A stretch of DNA of 58,902 bases from NCBI GenBank assembly GCA_000708835.1, contig DF237495.1:1-58902 (forward strand). The letters are read 5' to 3'. A program made the translations under genes and the position numbers. Of this stretch, positions 1 to 12,000 are shown piece after piece; within the stretch, counting starts at the first letter, position 1; each line of letters opens with the position of its first letter. This stretch comes from Klebsormidium nitens. Taxonomy: Eukaryota; Plantae; Klebsormidiophyceae. Under the pieces are notes generated by a model. It was not told the origin of the DNA, made no database searches, and was given only the letters and a program-made list of their open reading frames with translations.

Positions 1-1626
1 TATAGAAGCGACCAGCTTTAGTTCCGCGGGTTTGCATGCTGGAGAGAAGCTCTTGAAAGTCAACTCTTTGGACCCGAGATTTCATTGTTCTACACCATGC
101 AAGCTTGGGGATTCGGCTTGAGCATACTACGTCTGCAAAGCTCCGAAGATTATAGCGTGGCATAATGAGAGTGATCACCTCATACAGCCATGGAGGTATA
201 ATAATCTCCAAAGTTGAAACGTTTCTTAGTAAAAGTACCTATCTAATGGCGGTAACTGACCATTAATGTGGATTCTGGAGGGGTGTATACCTAGTAGCTT
301 GTATTGGTCCGCCAAAAGTTTCAAACGTTACGTACATAATTTCAAGGCATCGAATGCCACGAGTTAAACGTTGGTACGGAACGACTTGGAGTCTGGACGC
401 TCGTACGGTGTGGAAAAATTTCGGTATCTAGCGGTACGTACCGCACCTTGTCGGAAGATTCAGCCAACCGTCAACCCTAGGTTTTGACGTAGGTACCGGG
501 GGTACCGGGCCATTAACATTCTATTATTTCTACGAGCTACCAGTACCGCGCGGCGACAACGTCAGTTCGCATGTCGACTGGTTCCGACTCAAAGTCGGTC
601 ATACGGTAGTGGACGGTGAGCGCCGGACGACCGGTCACCGGACCTCCTTCTCAATCTACCAGTCGCCGGGCTCGTCTTCCTGGCCAAGTCTGATGCATGG
701 TTGGGTTGCCCGGTGTATCATGATAGATCGGCCGGAAACCATGGCCCGGGGAACGGAGCCGACCGGTAAACAACGACGATACGTATGACGAAGAGTTTGC
801 CCGGTACAATATGTGGCGGATCTGCCAGATTCTGATGTCACTGTCAGACACACACAAACCTGGTATCAGGTACAGCTACCTAGTACCGTAGACCGCGGTA
901 CGCCTGGTGGTGTCATGAACAGTGACTCCGAATCAGTCCGGCGGCCGCCAACACTTGAAGTAGGTACAGTCACCACGTAGCAGTGGCGGCGTTCTTAAGA
1001 GTGTGCTGCCGGGCCCCCAGGGGCCAGCTTCAATGTCGCTTGCAAATGTCGTCGCACATGTGGTGCGCGGCGACTTGATGCGCTGCATTCGCGCTTCTCA
1101 GTCGCCGAAAATGGGGTCTGGAGTTCTGAACCGTCTGCCCAGACAAGGGGAAGATTCCTGTCGCAGTCAGAGCGGCTCCCACTTCCTCGGACTCGTGCAG
1201 TGGCGAATCTTCAAATCTCTGCTCGACAAACGAATGCAGGGCGCACCACGTCAAATGAATGATGTAGGTAGGGTAGCTGTAGCAGCGTCACATGGCCGCC
1301 AATTCTCTTTGACGTTATGCCAATGGTGCTCACCTTGGACTTGGTGATGAGTCCAAACTGCAGCTGAAAGGGACATCGTGATTGCTGTCCAGAAAGGCGA
1401 TTGTAGAGAGAGAGTCGAAAGCACCTCTTGTTGCATCAAGGTTGGTCAATGCCTGGAGGGTTTCTATGGTTGGTCCTCACTTTGTGAGCTCTGTTGTGTG
1501 TGGTTGGTTTGGCATCGCGGCCACGTTTCGATCTTGGAGCTCTTGCCGTCCTGTTTTCTGAATCTTAGTCGATGTGCGCTCTATAAACATGAAGCCTGCT
1601 GAGGAGCTTGCATTGCTCTAAGTAGG

Positions 1627-4600
1627 ATGAACGGGGGCCTTGAGAGGATGTCGCCTTCTGCTCTTCTGTCGAGCTTCAGCCCCTGGTATCACAAGCTGAC
1701 TCCGGTGCCAGAGGACAGCCACGTGGATTTCTCTGATGATGAGCAACCTAAGGTTGTCAGGCAGCCCTTCAAAGGGCTCATCATCTGCGCCACGGGGGTC
1801 CCTAAAGGTGAGTGGTGTTGAAAATTCAGTTTAGATTTCATTTTCGGTTTCTTCTCTGGTTCTCATTTTCAGGAACCGTTGTGATTTGATTGCGGACAAA
1901 CTGGATTCTAGTGAGCTGGTTCAAGTTTTTGAAGGGTTTCCATTCGCAAATTGCTCATGAGCACGATAAATGATTATATGTCAATTTTGGAGCAACGAGA
2001 GTGTGGATCAACTTACAGCAGGAATGCAGGAAAGACTTGTTAAAAAGTCAAAAGCAGCACGAAGTGCAATCTGTCAGCATTGTCGTTCTTTGAAACCAGG
2101 GGACACCCCCTTCCTCCTTTGTTGCATGCTGGCCTGCGATTGCATCTTTCTATTTGCAATCCTCTGAAAGTCCATGTTAGGGCCATTTTGCTTTTGAGGT
2201 TCTGGAATCAAATTGTAAACAGAACTGAGTGATCCACTGTGTTTCTTACAATGACTTGCAAGCTTGAAGGTACAAGTGCAGTTTGGAGTATTGTTTGTCA
2301 TGAAACGGCAGTTGTGTAGATCTGTACGATGGGCAAATGGGGCCATAAACTCTCCAGGACTGTCCGGGAATACTGGCTATCCTGTTTCTTGGCTGCCTGC
2401 AAGACTGAATGAGCCGTCAACATATTCTCCTGGAAACCTTCGACGGACTGTAGATTCGATGGACCATTTCAGCATCCCTTGCAGCCACCAGCGCAAATCA
2501 TAGAGAGCATGGTTCACATTGCCGCAAAGAAGCCTACTAAGAATCGTGAATTACGATGGCATTGTTTTCCTCCTCGATTTGAATCCATCTGAGATACAGA
2601 GCAAGCTGTGCATAATTACAGCGTGTTCGAAACGTAAGTTTTGTGGCCCGTTGCTAAGCCGCATATCTTCTGTTCTTGCAGATGTTCGCAAGCAGATGCG
2701 GGATGTCACGGAGCGGCTGGGAGGGGCGTACAGTCCTGATCTGCATCGAGGCTGCACACACTTGGTCGTTCAGATATCCTCATCCACGCATGATCGCTCG
2801 TCATTGTCGGCAACTTTCTTAAACTATTCACTTCTGAGACTGGTGCTCGTTGGATGGCTGGTTTTTGGAGTGGCAGTCTCGAAAAATGAGAGTGGACGTG
2901 CTGTGTTGTACTTGATGCTGGGCAGATTATCAGCATTGTGACAGCAGCTGCTGGAGAGAATTGCTCGCTTTTGACGCATCAAACAACCTGTGGATGGCAG
3001 TATATCCGTTGTTTCATGACCCTGGCCTGGACGATCTGTATTCATCTTTCTTGAGTGACTCCTTGACTCCATTGCACGGCACCAGCGGCCAAAAATTTCG
3101 GCACGCAATCAAGCACGGCGAGAAGTGGGGCCTTAGAGTGGTCACAATGAGGTGGTTCCTGGTATCTCTACAGTTGAACGGTGAGGCGCCTGAAAATGAT
3201 GCTCTGCCGGACAGTGCTGTGGTTGCTGTTGCATCGCTGAGCCTGTCCGCCCGAGACCCTATGCAATTGCAGATGGAAACGTTCTTTCTGATTCATGAAG
3301 TTCTGTGAAGCAAGTTTGCCAGGAATAGCAGGTACTAGAACCTACCGCTTGGCACCCTTTTGCGAATCGCTCAGAATAGATTGCACAATCTTGTTTGCTT
3401 GCAGCCTGGTCTGAATCCCCGGCCATATCCATGTATCCAGCAAGCCAAGGAATCATTCACAATCCATCTTCCTGTTGTTAACTGCAGTTCGGATGGATGA
3501 AAATCCATACAAGGTCATAGTTACGGACTTTGCGATAGAGGACAGCGAAACGCCCAAGACACCCCCAACTGACGACTGCACAGACAAGGTCCTCCAACCG
3601 CGACCAGAAAACTGCTCGACCGCAGGGGATGTTAGCATAGACAAGGGCGCCCGAGCCGTCCCTCATGTACAGGAGCCGCTTGAAGACTCCAGCACGCACA
3701 GCGATCTTAACCTGGCATTAGCGCTAGTTCCTCGCCCCCCCTCGCTCGAGCTCGTCACCATCAATGGAGAATCGGCCATCGCTGAGGTTAAGGTGGAGGA
3801 AGTGAAGCTCTCAGAGGACCTCTTCAAGGGCTACTGCTTCTTCATCGACCCCGAGATCTCGTCCAAGTTGCTAGAGCAGCTGCGCGCTAGCATAGACACC
3901 GCCGGGGGCACTGTTTGCCCCCAGTGGTTCATTGGCTGCAAGGCAACGCACCTAGTCTGCGAGGGCAGCACGCTTAGAAAGTACGTGGGGCGGGCGGCAA
4001 ATGTCGTGACTCCCCTTTGGGTGCTACGCTCGGTGGAGCGGGGCTCGCTTCTGAAGTCGGTCCAGTTCTCGGTTGACATGGGGCGCCATTTGGCAACACT
4101 GTTAGGAGAAAACGATGATGGGCCAGGGAGACCTGCCACACGAGGCTCGGTTCAGCAGGTAAGCTTGTCAGGGCCGGTGGTTCTTTGTCTGGTTACGTCC
4201 TTTATTCTGGCACTCGTATCGGCTCATCTGTTGACAGCCAAGCAACCTTCAAACCACAAAGCATTGGGCATTGCTGTTAACAGACAAATGAGGATACGTT
4301 CAGCGTTCTCCTGGAGTTTTGCCAAGAAACGTTGCTTCAGGGAGCAAGTTACGAGTTGGGCGAGGGTCAGTGGTGTGTTCAATTGTCCTCAAGGACTGTG
4401 AGTTGAACGTGGCAATGTTGAGTAGGAACACTCTAGGTGGAATTGTTATTGTAAAAAATGCTCTGACTGCACTGGAGCCGGCTAAGGGTTTCTTTTCGAA
4501 TTGAAGTCTGGCAGCATTTCTGTCCCATTGCCTCATCTCAGAGCTGTGCATTGTAATGCTGTCCCTCCAGAATCTTACAGTCCTTACAGGGAGATTGCAA

Positions 4601-7600
4601 AGAGTGAGGCCCGCAAGGGTGGCTTTTGTCAGCTAGCATCGTGACTGACTCTGGATAGCAGAACTTCGCAGTGCAGGCTTTCGCTGCAATTTCCAAAGAT
4701 AGGGCAGGTCTCTCCACAATATCTGAGGCAGCTCTTCTATGCTCTTGGGGCTGCATGTCTTGCACCGCCTTGCCTGCTTAAAAGGACTGGAGGTTTGGAT
4801 CTCGACCATCCGTATATCAAGATACAAATGAGGACATATGGTAGTAGCTAACCAACACATAAGAGGGTAAATATAAAGCAGATTGAGCGAGGGTTGAGAT
4901 TCAAAGATTTCAGCATGTTCCATCTGTTTTGGCTAAATGTTGGACTGTTTGCAACTCAAAAAGCAGACCCGTTGGAACGCTGATTGCATTATTGTCCAGC
5001 TTTGCTAGTGACAAAAACGTGTAAGGAACGGGGTGCCCAGCCATAAGAGCAGACACTTTTTGACACTGACCATTAAATACGCACCCAGAATCTCTAACCA
5101 CTCGCTGAGCCTATGTGGAAAGGGACAGGCCTCTCTCGCCCCGCAAGCAGAAGTTCCAAGAATTACCAGAACAGCACAGTAAACCCTTGCACGCCAAACG
5201 CGTACATTGTGCCTGCAGGGAGATAGCCAGCCCTCTCCCAGCACCAGCGGTGCCCGGCAGCCGGGCGCCTCCCCGTCTCCTGCCGCTGTGGTCTCGGCGA
5301 TGGCGGCTGAGAGGCGCCGGCGGAGGGAGCAAGAGGTGCAGGAGATGAAGGCAGAGATCCGGCAAAGACGGTAGGCCATTATTTGTACAGTCTAGTTACC
5401 ATCGGACGCTCACCGGCGATTCGCTGGTACTTGGCTTGCTTAGACTGTTTCTGGCTCTTTATCTCACTTGTTCGAACGGCTTCAGATTGGAGCAAAACCC
5501 CTCAGATCGAAATTCAAAGTGGTCTGGATCTTGTGCACACCGAGCAATACAGCATGCAAAGGATTGGATTGTCATATTGGCCGGGTCAGTCAAAGGAGTC
5601 TCCAACAAGGCCAAGGCCCTTTGGCTTTTCTTGAGGGGTATGGTACAAGTCCTCAGGGAAGCAGTGCCTGTAGTCGTCTTGTATATTGAGATTATGTTTA
5701 CTACAGACATTGGGGCAGGACCATTTCCAGTGAAGGTCCTTAAAGTCTCCTCAGACATTGCCTGGATTGCCTGTTACGCTGCAATTTTCATTGGTGGAAG
5801 GGCAATGCAGCTGGCTTGACGTCTCTATCCCCCCTTCAGCAGTTACGCTTCCTTCTGCAATCAACAAGGTATCCTGTTTCACGTCCTCCAGGTAGCATGT
5901 GCTCGAACCTCTCCCCAATCCCAAAGTTCCTCAAAAGACTAACTTTTCAGATTTGTAAACTGACTCGCCATGCCTCCTCCCTGCAGATCAAAACGGCCTG
6001 GGGGCAATGCAACCGGCCCCAAGTCCCTCTCCCCCCTCCAGCTTCTCGAGAGCGTCTGCTGGCGCGTCACCGACAGCCCCGTCACTGCGCGGGTCTACTG
6101 CGATACTGACCGGGAGTCTTCCCCGGGGGCACATTCACACCACGGGCAGCAGCCTAACGGAAACCGGGAGCTTTCTCCTGGGGCGCACGCAAACTACGAG
6201 CTGCAGCCCAACATCGGTTGGCACAGCCCGAACGAGCAAACCGTCGCTCAGTGGGGGGAGGGGGAGCCTCAGGCCGATTGGAACGTTCAAGGGGCTTTGG
6301 TGGTGTCTCCAAACGGGCTGTCTAATCTACGGCAAGGCGCAGGGAGCGAAACTAGGTTGCGGGGCATGAAAGAAAGGTGAGGGTTCATGCGAAGCCTCCA
6401 GAGTTTTTGTTTCTTTTTCCGGCAGGGCGGTGGATGTCTCTTGTCGTCGCCGGGGTCAAATGACGACTTGCTGTCGGTGTCATTCCCGCACATGCGGGAG
6501 TCTGCTGCCTGTTTTGGCATCAAGCCTCTGTCAAGCTTAAGTATTTCCAAAAGTGCTCTTTAAAAGTCGGTTCTGAGCGCTCTGCAAGGGACATTATCGT
6601 TCCCAACGCACAAGTACATTGTGCTCCCCGCTGATTGAGTTTGTTTCTGCAACAGCTGGAAGCAGCTTTCACTGTTGCACCACAATCGTTGGAGCTTGTT
6701 CGCTTTGGAGCTTGTTCGCCTTGCAAGCATTTTCTAACTCTGGAGCTTCTTCCCACAGCGAGCGCGCAGAGGTGGTGTTCCGGGGCCCTTTCCTGACGCT
6801 ACTCTTCCCGGTGGATCGCTTTGGAGAATTGGGCCCGCGCTCACGCGGCTTCTTCAGCGAGAAAGGGTTCACGCGACAGCAGCTTCTGGAGCGCGTTCAC
6901 ACCTTCTACCAGGTTAGCTTTTCATTCGCTTCCCCGTGCCCGCTCATTTTGCATTTCGAATACCATACACTGGACTTGCTAGAAGGAGTGGCCTGGCTTA
7001 TGAAATGTTTCTGGTGAGTCTCGGAGCTTATTTGCACTTCCTCTCGGGTCGGGAGAAACGAATCTGCCTTATCCTTTTCAAGTGGTTGCACGTGTAGTTT
7101 AGTACACGGACATGTGCGAGCTCCCATCCCGCGCATGAGAAGCATCTAAGGTATGAACACTCGGCCTAGAGCCTTGCACACAAAGGTTTTGTAACAGCAA
7201 TTCGCAGCGAAATTACGTTACCGCAGCGTTTCTTCGTTTGCTCGATATCTCCGCCATTAGGGCCCGCCACGAAATGAGGAGACTGGCGCCAAAGGAATCT
7301 AATAGTTCATTTTTGCCCGCCACTTGTTCAACCTGAGGTTGTACAGAAGACGGTCATTGACCTTTTTCTTGGGCCAGTATCTGTTTCCCCTCTTGACTCG
7401 CCCATCCTTCAATTTCCAGGAGGGCATGTCGGACGAAGAAGTCTCACTGGCGTTGCACACCGACTCGAAGCACGCCGACCGGCTGCGCGCCCTTTACGTG
7501 GCTCAGCCAATGGACGACCGACAGCTGGCACGGCCCCTCATGGTGAGAGGGGAGTTCCTTGGCAGTCGGCAGAACTTCGAAGGCCTGCAGAGGACCAGCC

Positions 7601-7644
7601 ACAATGCAAGTGGGCAAACGTACGAAGTGATCCTGAGCGCATGA
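1627..7644 (+). CDS. BRCT-domain protein (plant multi-BRCT, putative DNA-repair scaffold), 8 exons, about 655 aa
   Basis: Exons 1627-1807, 2682-2773, 3078-3180, 3488-4158, 5219-5370, 5987-6376, 6759-6912, 7420-7644 join in frame (1968 nt). First BRCT: PFKGLIICATGVPKDVRKQMRDVTERLGGAYSPDLHRGCTHLVVQ-GTSGQKFRHAIKHG..VVTMRWFLVS. Second BRCT: LFKGYCFFID..AGGTVCPQWFIGCKATHLVCEG..VVTPLWVLRSV. The C-terminal FFSEKGFTRQQL..LHTDSKHADRLRALY..FLGSRQNFEGL..YEVILSA resembles, from memory, the land-plant family. Confidence 0.85.
2774..3077 (+). other. U12-type (minor spliceosome) AT-AC intron
   Basis: 5' site ATATCCTC at 2774, branch site TCCTTGAC at 3060-3067, terminal AC at 3076-3077. Removal gives the in-frame junction HLVVQ|GTSGQKF inside BRCT1. 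Confidence 0.88.
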
Positions 7645-8249
7645 TGGCGCTCGAGTTCAACGGCCACGAGGCTTTCTGGAGGAGGAAGCACGGAACTAAA
7701 ATGGCTGGAGGGCTTTCCGAAGAGGGAAGGGGCCGGTAACAACCGCTTTACTGAATTGATAATTGACCGTTGTTAATTAGACACTTGCTTAGCTTGTTGG
7801 TTGGCAGTCGAAACAGAAACGAGTCATGTTAAACCTTATGTCTTAAGTTATGTGAACGCGTACAGAGGACGAGCCTAACCGCCACCCTTGAGGTGCCACA
7901 CGAACTTACCCCGTGTAGCCCAGAAGAATAAGTACGCCCCAATAAGGGAGACAGTCAATTGGTCACAGTTGCAACCTTAATTTGTGGTAAGTTGTCTTCA
8001 TAAACAGTTCAAATCATTGATGTTTTAGGGTCCTCTCGAGGTTCTAACGAATAACTTCTTTGATATTAATTCCTCAACGCAGAGTCCACCGGTCAAACCC
8101 GTTCATCATCCCATAGTTCATTTGTCGAAATTTAGAAGTTAGATGTAATCCCGATAGGGATCCGGACCTACGGCCTTCTCAACGGCCCCCTGCATCAGAC
8201 CCAATCCGGTTCGACTGCTGCCAAGCTAAGTGCGCCATGCCGATCGACG

Positions 8250-8900
8250 TCGATGTGTACGTCTTCAAATTGAATGTCGGGGGTATTCACTGATATGATG
8301 GTCAACTACCATATGCTGTTTACCGGGACGGTGACATATATCTACAAAACATGGTCTTCATCAGCCCCCTGCATGAACACTAGTAACAGTTTCATAAGAA
8401 CACTCAGCACCAGTATACCCATGCTGAACATTCATGTCGGATCTCCAGTCCGCCCACATGTGCGCTCATAGGAATGCTTGATCATCATTGCATGGTCATG
8501 GTCGCGAAAAGATGTTCTCTAGCTTTTCGTAGAACCGTTGAACGCCGTACGTAGCCAGCATGCGGCCATGGGCTTCTAGCTCATGGCATACAATTGTTGT
8601 GTTTGAAGATGTATGCGCCTTCTCTAAATCAACTTCCGACTATACTCTGAGCCTATACCGACACTAATACAAAGACGTTCTCACTTAAAGATCGCACCAT
8701 TCAGAAAATTCTTTATGATGCATTGAGTCAACCAATTTGCATTCATGCAAGATCCGGCGCATGACGCGTGAGTCCGAGGGTCATTCACAAAGCATACACC
8801 GGCAGGAAACAGACAGTGGTCGATGTCCATTCAACCTGCATCGGGTGCGATCTGAGACTATAAGAGCTTGATCTTTTGCATGTGGAGCCAACTTAATTGA
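8250..8900 (-). mobile_element. Highly degenerate Ty3/Gypsy-like pol (RNase H) remnant
   Basis: Minus-strand translation through stops gives ..MLATYGVQRFYEKL..NDDQAFL..FVDICHRPGKQHMVVD. This resembles the Gypsy RNase H motifs LAxVxGVxxFxxYL, TDHxAL and FDIxHRPGKxxxxAD. Multiple stops; no LTRs seen. Confidence 0.4.
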
Positions 8901-9035
8901 ATGTCTGTGGTTGATACATCGACTTGACCATGACTGTGCAACATATTGCCTGAGGCGAGCTGCATACTGTTAGTACCTACAGTGATGAACAATCATGCCC
9001 ATTGTCAATTTCTGTACACGTATTGCCGCCGCAGG

Positions 9036-12000
9036 TTATCTTGACTCGTCGTCCTCTGCCATCGCCTCCATTTCTTCCAATTGCGCAAGCGCTTCGATTG
9101 CCTCGTTTAACGGCAACCCATACTTCTTTGCAAAGACTTGCGCCGTTCGAAGCGACTCCTCCGTCTCCTTATCCATATCCTCCATCGACTTCTTGATCTC
9201 CCTCAAATCCCCCGGCATCTCATACGTTTCAACGGACGGCCCCTTCCCCATCCCCACCCCTTCCAGCGGCCCCACTTTCTCCACGTCCACCCCAATCCAA
9301 TCCTTGTAGCCCTGCCCCGGCGGACCCTCTTCCGCAATTTTGGCTGCCTTTTTCGGGTCGTAACCCTCGTCTCCCGGCACTAGTGGCGTTACATACCAGT
9401 CCCGGCCGACCTTCACCGGCTTCAGCCCCTGATTGCGGAGATTCTCCGCAAGCCCCTGGTGCTTGTCAAAGTCGACGTTTTCGAAGCACTGGATAAACGA
9501 CGGCCGCCAGTCGTCGGTGCGCCGCGCCTCTTGCCACTTGGTGAGCTCCCCAATCAAGACCTCGTTCTCTTGCAGGAGTCGCCGGAAGCGCGCAAACATT
9601 CGTTCGCTGCAAACAATCGAACCGGCACATCAGATTGATCTTCAAGCCAAAGGCGCGCGAACATGCCTTCGCTGCAAGATTTAGCCAAAAGATCAAATCG
9701 GCATTCAAGCCGGAGGCGCGGATATGTCAATTCGCTGCAGAAGGTTGAAAGGGCACGCTGAACCAGGTTTGAAGACAGTGCTCCGCATAGGCTCCCGCCG
9801 TGGTGCTGCTAAGGCATCTGACGCCCAAAACGCTTGGAAAGCATCTTCGGGAGGTTGACAAAACCAAAGGCTTGTTAACACCTTTTGACATCACCTGGGT
9901 GTATCCAGAGATTCGAGCCTCACCACAGAGGATACGACTCAAAGGCTCGTGCATCAAGATCAGGTGAAGAACTCAGGCCCTTCGATTAGACCCTGCGCTC
10001 TGCTTTTGCGAGACTTTGTGCTCAACCATGCGACCCAGGCGTCGAACGGTCGAGGCTGTCAATCAAGCGAGGTGCTGGAAAGCCGTAAAGCCAAGACTTA
10101 TGCCGCTCTCAATAGAAGTTGGAGCAATCGGACGGACGAAGCAGATGGAAGCTTCGTGAGAAGTCAAGCACGAGTTGCTGTAACTGACCTGCAAAGAATC
10201 TGCTTGGGTTCCGGTTGGCGTGCGGGCGTGCACTCGCTCATCAGCATCTGGTAATGCTCCGCGACTCTGCATGGATACATGCAAGTACTCATCATTGGCG
10301 GGAGAAGCATGCTTGAGAATCCAGAAACTGGTTTAACGGCAAACCAAGTGATCGACTGAGGGCTCGTAAGTGGTGGCGACAACGGGCCTGACTTGCGGCA
10401 AACAACCGCCGGAATGGAAGCACGCAGATGGGTAACGTTCTTTTGAAATATGGTAAAAGACTGGAGCGGTGGCCTTACTTCTGATCGAAACAAGCCTGTT
10501 CGGACGCGTCGGTTATCGCTTTCCATCAGGAACCGCCTCAACTTGCGTCGGTGAGAATGCAGGTTTACGGATCTCTGACTATCAACATGCGGCCTGGCAA
10601 CAAAGGAAGAGTCGGATTGCTCACTGTTCTGTAGTCGACTCCCCGCTGTCCAGCAAGTGCTTGGTGAACTGCACAGACAAAAATCTTGATGAATATAACG
10701 AGGTTTTAAGGGAAGCTCAATGTGCAAAGATTTCCAAGTTTCTTGCACGAACCAAGCCCACACGCTCCAGAAGTTCCAGAAGTACTACACCGATTGAGCG
10801 CAAACCGTTGCAATTAAACGGAATGTCAGACGAGATTCGAGAGTGTCATCATTCTCGCGGCTCCCCTAGCGGTTTTCGAGAAGGGTGGTGCGGTAATGTC
10901 CCTTGAATCCTCATCATTCTAGTGCCCCGCTTTTCTTTGCCCAATGAAGCAGGAGTCACGGTGTTGTTTCGATATTCAGAACTCGGCTCTGGAGTTTAGC
11001 AAACTCTTGTGTTAGCATTTCCGAGTCAAAGGAAAGACGAGAATCTTATCGTACTGCGGACTTCGCCGAACCTGTCCGTAGAATTGGGTGCTTCTTGGAG
11101 CAGACAATACGCTTGGGTATCCGAACCGACCGTTCTTCAGAGGTACACGGAGCTTGAGTCTCCGCTGTTGACTGAGTTCCGACCGCTTCAGTTTCGTTGT
11201 TTCGAGAAGAGATCGAAACACGCTTTCCGCCTTTTTGACATTTGGGAGCCCGAAAGGGGAAGGCTACTTTCAGCATCTTTTACCGTGTCTTCCAAGTCAA
11301 TCTTCCAGATTACTACCCAAAGGAAAGAAGAGGAGTCAAATTCCCAAAAAGCAAGAAGAAAGACAAATCAATGCCCAAGAAGAAGAAAGAAGAAGTCATT
11401 GCCCAGAAGGAAAGAAGAAAGAGAAGTCATTGCCCAAAAGGAAAGGAGAAGAATACCTCCAAGCAGACTCACACTATGGTCCTGATACATGACTTCCAGG
11501 TACGGCTGCTTCGTCCGCGGGTGCTCCAGGACGTTCCGCACCGCGATCGACATCCCGACCTCGCTGTTATTCGCTGGCTCCTTCTTGCCGTCGGGGACCA
11601 AAAAGCAGATCGCGAAACCGTGCTCCTCCCTGCACGATACATGGACGGGTTTGAGACTTACAACAGTTAAGTGCAGGACACGTGGAGGAGTTTTGAGATA
11701 TTGCAGGCTGGAATTGCAGGACACGAGGGGGGCCTAGTCTTATGTCTCACATGCATTAACGCCCGTTAGGAACGAAAGCACGTTTAACATTGAACTGCAG
11801 GACACGTGAAGGGCTTCGACACCGACTTCGCTTTCCGTTGCAGGATGACCTGGATTTGGAAAAAGACAAAAAGTGTTTCGTCAAAACCTGCCGCCCGAAG
11901 GGAGGGGATGGCTAGGAGACTCGGACTGAATCCTTGACAGTGAGGGTCAGTGTGACGGGCTCCGACCAAACCGGAATCATAGTTGAACAGCGCGCGATCC

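Noticed and set aside
300-1000. GTAC/CCGG-rich stretch with short palindromes (e.g. GCGGTACGTACCGC at 431-444)
   Set aside because: No long terminal inverted repeat, TSD, regular array or coding remnant could be established. It may be part of an element cut by the window edge.
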